This document shows, piece after piece, positions 51,641 to 61,900 of a stretch of 64,000 bases of DNA. The translations under genes were made by a program, and so were the position numbers. The notes beneath the pieces were generated by a model. The model was not told where the DNA came from, searched no databases, and saw nothing but the letters and a program-made list of their open reading frames with translations. Position 1 is the first letter of the stretch. Every line of letters begins with the position of its first letter. Source of the stretch: Arenicellales bacterium (GTDB lineage: Bacteria; Pseudomonadota; Gammaproteobacteria; Arenicellales; JAJDZL01); the NCBI GenBank assembly GCA_965200425.1, contig CBDAUA010000002.1, forward strand, positions 65,392 through 129,391. Direction: 5' to 3'.

Positions 51641-52417
51641 TTAGTGGATTGAATAATCGTATTCAATGATTAGAGGTGCATGATCGGAAAATTTTTCTTC
51701 CCGATAAATTTCCACTGAAGTAATTGTATTTCTTAAATTTTCGGTGACTAGTTGGTAATCTAGACGCCATCCTACATTCCTTTCAAAAGCAGCGGCTCGA
51801 TATGACCACCAGGTGTACTGACCTGGTCGAGTATCCAAAACACGAAAGGCATCAACAAAACCCGCTTTTTCAATCAACCAATCCATCCATTCACGTTCCT
51901 GTGGCAAGAATCCGGATGATTTACGATTGCTTTTCCAATTTCGAAGATCAACCGGCTTGTGTGCGATGTTAATATCACCACAAATGATGTAATCTCGATC
52001 CTCTTCTAAGAACCCCTTCAACACTGGTTTCAATCGCCCCAGAATCATCTCTTTGAAATTTTGACGTTTTTCAGAGCTACTGCCTGACGGAAGATAAACT
52101 GAAATGATTGAAATGTTGTTGAAATCAATCCGAACACACCGCCCTTCTGAATCAAAATCCTCCCAGCCTAGTCCTAAAAAACTTTGCTTCGGCTTATGCC
52201 TTGAATAGATTGCGGTTCCGCTATATCCTTTCTTTTCAGCGAAATGAAAGTATGTTTGAAAATTATCTGGCTCGGTCATTCGCTTTGTCAGCTGGCCAGC
52301 TTGAGCCTTCAGCTCCTGTATACAGACAAAGTCGGCGTCTTTTTGAGATAGCCAGTCATAAAATCCTTTGCGTGCGGCCGCTCGAATCCCATTTGCATTG
52401 AATGTCACTACTTTCAT
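51641..52417 (-). CDS. xthA: exodeoxyribonuclease III
   Basis: 258 aa. MKVVTFNANGIRAA, CIQELK, GDINIAH, SDHAP. Confidence 0.9.
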   Translation of the reverse strand: MKVVTFNANGIRAAARKGFYDWLSQKDADFVCIQELKAQAGQLTKRMTEPDNFQTYFHFAEKKGYSGTAIYSRHKPKQSFLGLGWEDFDSEGRCVRIDFNNISIISVYLPSGSSSEKRQNFKEMILGRLKPVLKGFLEEDRDYIICGDINIAHKPVDLRNWKSNRKSSGFLPQEREWMDWLIEKAGFVDAFRVLDTRPGQYTWWSYRAAAFERNVGWRLDYQLVTENLRNTITSVEIYREEKFSDHAPLIIEYDYSIH

Positions 52418-52451
52418 ATTTCAACAAGAATGATTAATCGGTTCTAGAAAT

Positions 52452-53546
52452 TTGACTCCATCTATGAAGAATAATAAAGACTTAAAACAGAGAATTCATG
52501 ATTTTACTCTCAATCTGCTGAGATGGGATCAAATCGACTCGAGTCGTCAGCTGCCGTGGGTTTTTGAAACGGACCCCTATCGGATTTGGGTTTCAGAAGT
52601 CATGCTACAACAAACACGTGCACAAACCGTCATACCGTACTACCACCGTTTCATTCAGAAGCTACCCGATATCCAAAGTTTGGCTAACGCGTCAGTAGAT
52701 CAGGTACTTTCTTTATGGTCTGGACTCGGATATTACGCTCGAGCCAGAAATCTCCACCGAGCAGCAAAAATGATTCAGCAAGAACATAACGGAATTCTAC
52801 CAACAAATTTCAAAGACATCCATGCTTTACCCGGAATCGGTAAGTCTACTGCTGGCGCTATCTGTGCACTTGCTTATGGTTTGAGAACTCCGATATTAGA
52901 CGGTAACGCAAGTCGCGTATATTGTAGATTTCACTGTATTGATGATCTTTCAGATTCCGCAAGAAAACGTAAACTATGGCAACTCGCGGACCTACACACG
53001 CCGCGCCATGAGTGTAAAAAATACACTCAATCAATTATGGATCTCGGGGCAACCATTTGTTTACCCAAGAATCCAACTTGCAATTTATGTCCAGTCAATT
53101 CAATGTGTTGCGCACGTAGAAAAAAGCTTGTCAAGGTTTTACCGCTGAAAAATAGAAAAATAGTTCGCAATTCAAAAACTATATCGATGTTGATCATATT
53201 GAACGCAAATGGTGAGGTTCTATTAGAACGTCGACCTGAGCAAGGAATTTGGGGAGGACTATGGAGCTTTCCAGAGTACTCGGGCCAGCTCAATGAGCTC
53301 GCAGCTTGGTTAGAAAATAATTTTTCATTTCGTGTAATAAGTCTAGATTCTTGGTCACCCATTCGGCATGCATTGACTCACTTTACAATGGTTATTACCC
53401 CGATTCTTATAAATGTAAGGCAGCTAAATAAGAATTTGGAAGATCAAAACCATGGCCGATTTTTCACTATCGATGAGGCATTGGGTCTAGGACTGCCAGC
53501 ACCAGTGTCTACTCTACTCGGCAAAATAAGAGGTTTAACGAAATAA
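52452..53546 (+). CDS. mutY: A/G-specific adenine DNA glycosylase
   Basis: 364 aa. WVSEVMLQQTRAQTVIPYY, GLGYYARARNLH, the 4Fe-4S cluster CLPKNPTCNLCPVNSMC and a NUDIX-like C-terminus. Confidence 0.9.
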   Translation: MTPSMKNNKDLKQRIHDFTLNLLRWDQIDSSRQLPWVFETDPYRIWVSEVMLQQTRAQTVIPYYHRFIQKLPDIQSLANASVDQVLSLWSGLGYYARARNLHRAAKMIQQEHNGILPTNFKDIHALPGIGKSTAGAICALAYGLRTPILDGNASRVYCRFHCIDDLSDSARKRKLWQLADLHTPRHECKKYTQSIMDLGATICLPKNPTCNLCPVNSMCCARRKKLVKVLPLKNRKIVRNSKTISMLIILNANGEVLLERRPEQGIWGGLWSFPEYSGQLNELAAWLENNFSFRVISLDSWSPIRHALTHFTMVITPILINVRQLNKNLEDQNHGRFFTIDEALGLGLPAPVSTLLGKIRGLTK

Positions 53547-53642
53547 AAAGGCGTATGCTGAGCCTGTCTTTCATTTGTTGCTGACTATGAAGTTGAACAA
53601 TGTAAAATCTCAGAAATTCAGTAACAACATAATTGAAATCTC

Positions 53643-53915
53643 ATGTCAAAAACCGTTCACTGCATTGTTTTAGGCAAGGAATTGCCGGCTTTGCCAATGC
53701 AACCCATTCCAGGTAAACTTGGAGTTAAAATCGTCGAGAATGTATCACTAGAGGCTTGGAAAAATTGGCTAGGACATCAAACGATGTTGATCAACGAGAA
53801 ACGACTAAGTTTAGGGAAAGCAGAAGATAGAAAATATTTAACCGAACAGATGGAAAATTATCTATTTGGCGGTGAGGTTGAACAACCTCAAGGATATACA
53901 CCCCCTAGTTCATGA
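53643..53915 (+). CDS. yggX: Fe(2+)-trafficking / oxidative-damage protection protein
   Basis: 90 aa. WKNWLGHQTMLINEKRL. Conserved mutY-yggX synteny. Confidence 0.88.
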   Translation: MSKTVHCIVLGKELPALPMQPIPGKLGVKIVENVSLEAWKNWLGHQTMLINEKRLSLGKAEDRKYLTEQMENYLFGGEVEQPQGYTPPSS

Positions 53916-54025
53916 TTTATCCAATTTCATTTCCTATCTGTCAAAACAGATACACCAAAAGAAAGTACCCGAGTATCAAAGTTCCTGCCACCACATTTTG
54001 TTGATTCTGCACTCAAAACTCTGAA

Positions 54026-54697
54026 ATGATCGGAATCATCATGCTGGATACAAAGTTTCCTCGGTTTTTCGGGGATATCGGTAATCCTGCATCATTTCGT
54101 GATCCTCCTAAATATCTTTGCGTCTGTGGAGCGACCGTAGATACTATCGTCACCTCAGCCACAGTGGAAGACAGTTTAGTGCAATCGACCATTCAAGCGG
54201 CTCAGCTTTTGCAAGAAGACAATGTCGATGTAATCGGCACGAGCTGTGGATTTTTTTCCTCAATCCAAAAACAAGTTCAGGAGGCCATTTCCGTACCATT
54301 TATTAGCTCTTCTTTGATCTTGATACCATTTCTGAAAACCATATTCGGGACAGATGCCAAGATTGGCGTACTGACTTTCGATGAAAGAAAATTGGGATCT
54401 TCGCACCTTAACAGTGAATCAAGAAGCCAACTTTTTGTTCATGGATTGGATCCAGACGGAGAACTGTTCAACTGTGTGGCGAGCAATCGTATGGAAATGA
54501 ACAAATCACTGGCAGAAAAAGATGCAATAGCTGTTGCTGAGCGTTGTATCCGAGCAAACCCGGATGTTGAAGTCTTGCTTTTGGAGTGTACCAACCTTTC
54601 ACCGTGGAAAAATCGGATGAAAAGTGAATTCAGTTTACCTATTTTTGATTTAGTTGACGCTCTAGAATGGGTGGATCGCGCGTGTACGCTTGACTGA
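54026..54697 (+). CDS. Asp/Glu/hydantoin racemase-family protein (function unknown)
   Basis: 223 aa. IGIIMLDTKFPRFFGDIGN, a GTSCGF region and LLECTNL, consistent with two-Cys racemase-fold proteins. Called from memory only. Confidence 0.5.
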   Translation: MIGIIMLDTKFPRFFGDIGNPASFRDPPKYLCVCGATVDTIVTSATVEDSLVQSTIQAAQLLQEDNVDVIGTSCGFFSSIQKQVQEAISVPFISSSLILIPFLKTIFGTDAKIGVLTFDERKLGSSHLNSESRSQLFVHGLDPDGELFNCVASNRMEMNKSLAEKDAIAVAERCIRANPDVEVLLLECTNLSPWKNRMKSEFSLPIFDLVDALEWVDRACTLD

Positions 54698-54772
54698 TTC
54701 CCCGTTTCGGATCAAAACTCATTGGAGTTTCTTGATTCAATTTAAGTTAACGCAGTTCAGGCTAGAGCGTCT

Positions 54773-56074
54773 CTAGTTTCGCGCTCTCATCACCTCTGGT
54801 AAGTAGGTCGCGATTTCAGGAAATAGTGAAAGAATCACGATCGCCAGAATCATAATGAGAAACATAGGGATCGCAGCACGCGCAATAAATGCCATATCTT
54901 TATCCGTCATGCTCTGCAATACAAAAAGATTGAATCCGACCGGCGGTGTGATTTGTGCCATTTCTACGACAATCATCAAGAATACTCCAAACCAAATCAT
55001 GTCAAAGCCTGCTTGTCTGACCAAAGGTTCAATGACTGCCATCGTCAAAACAACCGATGAAATCCCATCTAAAAAGCAACCAAGAATGATGTAGAAGACC
55101 ATGAGGGCTAAAATCAATATCCAAGGAGTTAGTTCCAAGGTGCCAATCCACTCCGCCAGAGTTCTAGGAAGTCCAGTAAATCCCATGGCTAAAGAAAGAA
55201 AGGTGGAACCAGCCAAAATAAATGCAATCATCGCAGAGGTGCGCGTAGCCCCCAACAATGATTCGCGGAAAGATTCCAAAGTCAGAGAACCTTGAATTCC
55301 AGATATGAGCAATGCCCCAAGAACACCTAGTACAGCGGCTTCAGTCGCGGTTGCGATTCCCATGTATATCGAACCCATAACTCCTGATATTAGAAGTACA
55401 ACAGGGATAAGCTGAAACACATCAGAAATGGTACCAGTCTCTGCGCTGGTACTGCTTTTTTCTCGTTTGCCTTTGACTAGGCCCCAGATCGCAACATAGC
55501 CCATAAATAAACAGGCTAGCATTAGGCCTGGTAAAACACCAGCGACAAACAGTTGGGCGATTGATTCATTGACAGTTATCCCGTAGATAATCAAGGTTAT
55601 AGAAGGTGGAATCAGCAACCCCAAGGTGCCGGCGCCCGCCAAAGTTCCGATAATCATTTTTTCCGGATATTCTCGTTGACGAAGTTGGGGAATCGACATT
55701 TTCCCAACAGTTGCAACTGTAGCTGCGGAAGAACCTGAAATCGCTGCGAAAATAGTACAACCAGCGATATTGACATGCAGTAGACCACCGGGAAATCGAC
55801 GCAAAATTGGCGACAGACCACGAAATAGATTTTCGGACATTTTAGTACGAAATAAAATTTCTCCCATCCATATGAACAACGGCAATGCAGTCAAGGTCCA
55901 GCTGGACGCTGCTCCCCACATCGTCGTTGCCATTGCATCTCCTACCGGTCGAGTGGTAAACAACATCATTCCAATTGCAGCGACACCGATCAAGCTAATG
56001 GCAACCCAAACTCCCGTCCCAAGAAACAAAAACAGAATGAATAAGAAAATAAGAGTTAAAGCAATCTCGTCCAC
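54773..56074 (-). CDS. dctM: TRAP transporter large permease
   Basis: 433 aa polytopic protein with DctM-like sequence (LIPPSITLIIYG, ITPPVGFNLFV). Confidence 0.88.
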   Translation of the reverse strand: MDEIALTLIFLFILFLFLGTGVWVAISLIGVAAIGMMLFTTRPVGDAMATTMWGAASSWTLTALPLFIWMGEILFRTKMSENLFRGLSPILRRFPGGLLHVNIAGCTIFAAISGSSAATVATVGKMSIPQLRQREYPEKMIIGTLAGAGTLGLLIPPSITLIIYGITVNESIAQLFVAGVLPGLMLACLFMGYVAIWGLVKGKREKSSTSAETGTISDVFQLIPVVLLISGVMGSIYMGIATATEAAVLGVLGALLISGIQGSLTLESFRESLLGATRTSAMIAFILAGSTFLSLAMGFTGLPRTLAEWIGTLELTPWILILALMVFYIILGCFLDGISSVVLTMAVIEPLVRQAGFDMIWFGVFLMIVVEMAQITPPVGFNLFVLQSMTDKDMAFIARAAIPMFLIMILAIVILSLFPEIATYLPEVMRARN

Positions 56075-56081
56075 AACAAAA

Positions 56082-56588
56082 TTAGCGAGGTTTGTAGTCT
56101 TTGGTAAGGATGCACTTCAAAAAGTGATGAAATACTGCGATTGCTAGCAAAATGGAGCCAATCAATACTAGTAATTGCGGCTTCCACAGCAAAATAGCAT
56201 CTGCTCCCTCGCTGTACTCCTCGAATTTCCAGGAGAAATAAGTCAGTCTAGCCATATACCAGGCTAGAAAAATTGAAACTATCGTAGCTATACCCAAGCA
56301 CCAATACTCAGCGAACTGACGCGCATTGGGAGCTAATCTACTGATTAGAATTTCAACTCGAATATGTCCACTTTCATGGAAAGTATAAGCAAGAGCTAAA
56401 AAACTTGCGGCAGCCATGCTGTAGCCTGAGTATTCAGCCAAACCTGGCACATACACAGAGGACAGACGAGCAACAATACTAAGGGTTACGAGCACTGCAA
56501 TCAGAATCATGCAAACCGCAGCCGCGTAACCGCAATAACGATAGATTGTGTTAAGTGTTTGGTCTACTCGATGCAAAATATGCGTCAT
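56082..56588 (-). CDS. dctQ: TRAP transporter small permease
   Basis: 168 aa, 4 TMs, located between the dctP-like and dctM-like genes. Confidence 0.75.
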   Translation of the reverse strand: MTHILHRVDQTLNTIYRYCGYAAAVCMILIAVLVTLSIVARLSSVYVPGLAEYSGYSMAAASFLALAYTFHESGHIRVEILISRLAPNARQFAEYWCLGIATIVSIFLAWYMARLTYFSWKFEEYSEGADAILLWKPQLLVLIGSILLAIAVFHHFLKCILTKDYKPR

Positions 56589-56635
56589 AAGAAAAGAAGG
56601 TAGGCAAGATTAGCTTGCGTACCCAAATCTCAGAT

Positions 56636-57607
56636 TTACATCGCGTGATAAGCGTCGATTACAGCTTGACCTTCTGCTCCAGCACGATCTAGCCATTCTT
56701 TCATCATGACTTCACCGATTCTTTTGAAATCAGCAGAGAGTTGTGCACTTGGAAGATCTACGCTCATCCCGTTTGCAGCCAACTGCTCTTTATACCAATT
56801 GGCTAGGCTTTCCGCTTTTGCCCAACCAGCCGCTTCAGCGTTAGCCGCTGCATCCATGACAATTTGTTGGGTCGCGGCATCAAGACTTGCCCAGGATTCG
56901 TTGTTAACAATGACCATATTCTTAGGCAGCCAGGCTTGTACATCGTACCAATAATCTACATACTCCCAAAGTTTTCTGTCATATCCGGTTGAACCCGAAG
57001 AAATCATACTCTCAGCTTGTCCTGTAGCGAAGGCTTGAGACAGTTCGGCGGCTTCAATTTTTGTCGGGATCGCGCCAATCAACTCGGCGAGTCTCGCTGT
57101 TGCTGCATTGTAAGCACGAAACTTAACATCGTTCAAATCGGCAGCGCTGTTGACTGGAGTCTTGTTATATAAACCTTGAGGTGGCCACGGTATAGCATAT
57201 AACAAAGTGACGCCCTTTTGATTTAGGACTTCTTGCATGGCGGGCTTGGAAGCTTGATAGAGCTTCATTGCGTTTTCGAAGCTCGTCGCTAGAAATGGTA
57301 ATGCATCGATCTCGAAAATCGGGTGTTCATTTCCCAATGCAGAAATTAGTCTTTCGCCAATTGGTGCTTGGCCTGTTCGAACCGCTCGAAAGATTTCACC
57401 CCCTTTATAGAGTGAACCACTCGGGTGAGTGACCACTTCTAACGCACCACCAGTCGCTTTCGTAACAGCTTCTGCAAAAGCAGCGGCATTTTCGGAGTGG
57501 TAATTCGTAGCAGAGTAAGCAAGTGGCATGTCCCATTTTTCAGCGTAAGCAGTGTTTGCAACCAAACTTAGTGCCACAACTAAAGACAACATAAACTTTT
57601 TAATCAT
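56636..57607 (-). CDS. dctP: TRAP transporter substrate-binding protein
   Basis: 323 aa. Signal peptide ...LVANTAYA|EK and DctP-family length and character. Confidence 0.85.
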   Translation of the reverse strand: MIKKFMLSLVVALSLVANTAYAEKWDMPLAYSATNYHSENAAAFAEAVTKATGGALEVVTHPSGSLYKGGEIFRAVRTGQAPIGERLISALGNEHPIFEIDALPFLATSFENAMKLYQASKPAMQEVLNQKGVTLLYAIPWPPQGLYNKTPVNSAADLNDVKFRAYNAATARLAELIGAIPTKIEAAELSQAFATGQAESMISSGSTGYDRKLWEYVDYWYDVQAWLPKNMVIVNNESWASLDAATQQIVMDAAANAEAAGWAKAESLANWYKEQLAANGMSVDLPSAQLSADFKRIGEVMMKEWLDRAGAEGQAVIDAYHAM

Positions 57608-57704
57608 TTGTATCCACCATTAAAATTTAGTGTTGAAAAGTTTGAATCATTATCCAACAAAGAACAGATTTCAAATATAAATTTCGCTAACTTTGTGAGT
57701 AATC

Positions 57705-58958
57705 AAGTTAATCTGTGTGATGACAAGTTGAGGTATTAAATCCCAATGCCCGAAGTTCAAGGTCTAACGAACACCAACGAGTTTTATAGTAGTCACTATT
57801 TCTCAGTCATCTTTCCGAATAAGCTGGATGCGACTATTCGAAAGTGGAACAAAGAAGTTGAACAAACAGAGACGGGTGTCAAGGCAACGCAACTGGTTGA
57901 AGAAATTCGAAAGTTAGCGCCAGCTTACCGAAAATTTCTACACAAGTTCATGCAAACTGAACGAAGCCAAACTGAGCGTTGGGCACTGCAGCGTGATTGG
58001 TATTGTGAATTGTTGAGCAAGTTCGGCTATGGATGTTTTCCTCAAACTTTGTCTGTTGACGGTGTTGAAGTTCCTATTTTTCATAAAGAAGTTGACGAAA
58101 ATGGTTATGACCGTTTTTTAATTCTAGCGACCTTCGATACGGACGCCAGTGACGAGGATCCATTGTCCTTGAGACCTCATGAAGTTCAGTTCGAACCAGA
58201 TCCACTATTTGCAGAGGATTTGCTTGATTGGTCCTGGCAGCGCGTGATCGATGAGCATATTTTCTCGCAAGTTCATCCGCCGCGATGGGTGTTACATTTG
58301 TCGTACTCGCAGATGATATTGATTGACCGTACAAAATGGCCGATGCAGCAATATCTGAGATTTGATCTAACTGAAATCTTCGATCGACTAGAACGATACG
58401 CGTTGGCTGCGATGGTGTTAATGTTGCACCCGAAAGGGATTGGTTTGAGACAGGCTTCAAGTGGTTTTCTGGATGGTTTGGAACAAGATAGTCATCGTCA
58501 TGCTTATAGCGTGTCGACCGATTTGAAGTATGCCATGCGCGAGGCAATTGAATTGATTGGCAATGAAGCGATTTGGTATTTGCAACGCGAGGGAAAGCTA
58601 GGTCAACAGGATGATCGGCTCGCCACGGAACTAAGTCGTGAAAGTCTGCGCTACCTGTATCGTTTGTTGTTTTTGCTGTATCTAGAAGCCCGCCCGAACT
58701 TAGGCTATGTGCCGATGAATTCAGAAACTTTTGTCAGTGGGTATAGTTTAGAAAGTTTGCGCGAGTTAGAAATGGTTCAGTTGACCACAGAACGTTCTCG
58801 CAACGGCTATTTTCTACATGAAAGTATCGAGCAATTGTTCCGCTTGGTGCGTGAAGGACTTCAGCCAAGTACTGAGCACCAAGAGGATTTACATGCCGAT
58901 GCAGAATCGTTCCAGATTCGTGCTGTGGATGACAAATTATTTGCTCGTCAGTCCTTAG
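57705..58958 (+). repeat. tandem direct repeat, copy 1 (leader plus first about 1.2 kb of the methyltransferase gene)
   Basis: Collinear with 62747-64000 at a constant offset of 5042 nt. Perfectly identical tracts at 58336-58503 and 58754-58926. Confidence 0.9.
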
Positions 58959-61900
58959 AAATTCTCAGCGAAGTGAAGTTTCGCAATTTCATCTTACAAA
59001 GAGTCATTCGCCTGTTATCGCTGACGCGCCCTGGAAGTAAAGTGCACAAGAAACGAGGTCGCATTTCGTATTCACATTTGGGGATCAACCAGTTGGGGTC
59101 AGTGTATGAAACCTTACTTCCATACCGAGGGTTTTTCGCCAAGGAGCACTTGTATGAAGTGTGCCGAAAAAACGTCAGCCCTGACATCTTAGATGTTGCG
59201 CACTTGGTAAATGTGGATGATTTAAAAGACTATGAGGAAGACGAACGTGTATATGAAGATAAGAAGAAAACAGTTTTACGAAAGTATTCAAAAGGACAAT
59301 TTATCTATCGATTGGCCGGTCGAGAAAGAACCAGTAGTGGTAGTTTTTATACTCCTGAATCACTGGCCCAGTGTGTCGTGAAATATAGCTTGAAAGAAGT
59401 AATTCGCGAGGACATGACGGCTGCGGAAATATTGAAGCTGACGGTATGTGAACCGGCCATGGGTTCTGCGGCGTTTCTCAATGAAGCGGTCAATCAATTG
59501 GCTGAAGCCTATCTTACGCGACGCCAACGCGAACGAAAGCTCAAAATCGAGCGCAAAGACTATGTTGATGAACTACAGAAAGTCAAACGTTACATCACCG
59601 ACCGAAACGTATTTGGAGTCGATTTAAATCCAGTCGCCACCGAGTTAGGTGAGTTATCGATGCGTCTTAATTGTATGTATCAAGATGGACAGTCACCGTG
59701 GTTTGGTTTTCAAGTTTATTGTGGAAATTCCCTGGTAGGGGCGCGTCGGGAGTTTTTTCGAACAACTGAACTTGCAAAGAAGAATTGGTACAACAAGACT
59801 TCATTTCGAGTCGATGCAGGCCGCTCTGAAGCTCTTGAACAAACCGAAGACAGTATCTACCATTTTCTTGTACCCCATCCAGACATGCTGAGCTCTACAG
59901 CAGATAAGAAGTTGAAGCAGTTTTTCGAACCCTCGATCGTACAGTTATTTGCCCAAAGAAAGAAGGAGTTTAAAAGTTCGTGCCCTGGCCATGAGCTGAA
60001 TCAATTGCAACGAATTACATCCATTTTGGATGTGCTGTGGCAACGACAGGCCGCGAAACTGGCGCAAAGTCGGCAAGATACACAAGACCATATGGAAGTT
60101 TGGGGCAGCGAAGTCAAAGGCGACAAATTAACTGAATACTCTGACAAAGAACGCTATCTTGAAAGCTTTAGTCCAACGAAGAAAAACCATCCTGTAACAG
60201 AATACCAAATACTCAAACTGGTGATGGACTACTGGTGTGCAATGTGGTACTGGCCGGCCCAAGCTGAGGTATTGCCACCGACTAGAGCTGAATACATTCA
60301 AGACCTGATGACAGTGGTATCGTTTCGAACTAAGGATGACCGAGATCTTCAATTTGACGATTTATTTCTATTCGAAGAAGGAAAAGAATTAGCTCAGAAA
60401 CTGCGACTTCTCAAAGCGCAGCAGGGCTATGTTTCTTTCAAGGACCTAGTGACAAATATTCCAAGATTGAAGCTGGCGCATAAACTTTCTAGAAAGTATC
60501 GCTTTTTTCATTGGGAGCTAGAATTTGCAGATATTTTTCTAAGCAAAACGAACGATGGTGAGAGCCGAGGAGGCTTTGATCTTGTCATAGGAAATCCACC
60601 CTGGATCAAGTTGAATTTCAAAGAACAAGATGTGTTGGCAGAGTTTGAACCGAAAATCTGGGTTCATAAAATGTCAGCAAGCAATGTCACAGCCTTAAGA
60701 CCGACATTGTTTCAAAAACACCCACAGGCAAAGGATGAATTAATTGAGTACGGAACTTATATGCTGTGTACCCAACAATTTCTAAACTCAGAACAAAACT
60801 ATCCATTCCTCAAAGGCCAGCAAACCAATTTATACAAAGCCTTTATCGCTCAGAGTTGGTGGTTGTCAAGAAGTAAGGGTGCAAGCGGGTTGCTCCATCC
60901 AAAAGATGTTTTTGATACAGTCAAAGGCGACAGCTTTCGGCAACAAGCTTATCCTCGACTACGCTACCAATTTCGATTTCATAATGTTAAGAAACTATTC
61001 CATGACGTTCATACCGCAACTCAATTTGCCGTCAATATTTATTCACAGCTCAATGAGGAGCTAGGTTTTGATCTAATTTCGAATCTTTATCTGCCAAAGA
61101 CGATTGACGCTAGCTATCTTCATAGTGGTAGTGGTGACATCCCAGGTATCAAAGACAAAAACAACCAATACAACACTTCGCCTCATAAAGCACGTGTCAT
61201 CAAGATTGATAAATTGATTCTTGAAGATTTCGCGGCAGTCGTCAATCGAGCCGGACAGGCGCTGCACAAAGTTCCGATATTGGAATTACATTCTACTGCG
61301 CTGCTGTCAGTGATCAAAAAATTCGCACAGCTCCCAAATCGACTCGGAAATTTTTACGAAGACGTTCACGTTTACGAGCATTGGCATGAAACGAATGCCC
61401 AAAAGGACGGCACCATTCGTCGACAAACTCAGTTTGTCACAGAGCCAACAAAGTTCATCTACTCCGGCCCACATTTTTTCGTCGGCAATCCATTTGCAAA
61501 AACACCTCGCGCGGTCTGTCTAGCCAATGGCCACTACGATACTTTGGAGCTATCCATTATTCCCGACAACTATTTGCCACGTACGAACTATGTACCGGCT
61601 TGTAATGCCATCGAGTACGAGACCCGAACTCCAAATTCACCATGGACTGATGACGACGAACTTCCTCTCAAAACGACTCAATTCTATCGCGTGTTGTTTC
61701 GAAAAATGATTAGTCCCGCAAATGAGAGAACTCTCATCTCAAGTTTGGTTCCGAAAGCTGTAGCGAGTATAAACGCGTGTACCACTGTGGTCTTTCGAAG
61801 CTACAAAGCAGCTGTTGAATTTGCTGTACTTTGTAATTCAATTGTGTTGGACTATTTCACCAAATGTTCTGGCGTAACCAACGTAATTAAGAGTACTTTG

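Noticed and set aside
54755-54775. Short palindrome ctagagcgtctctag at the convergent junction of the racemase-like gene and dctM, as a bidirectional terminator.
   Set aside because: It has only a 6-bp stem with a 3-nt loop and no flanking T or A tracts, and it overlaps the dctM stop codon. Too weak to call.
58074-58547. 157-aa minus-strand ORF that shares long identical peptide stretches with another minus-strand ORF at 63116-63733. It looks superficially like a repeated small gene.
   Set aside because: Both are antisense to the duplicated methyltransferase 5' region. Their similarity is a by-product of the tandem repeat. They have no independent start context, and the plus-strand frame carries clear MTase-family sequence.
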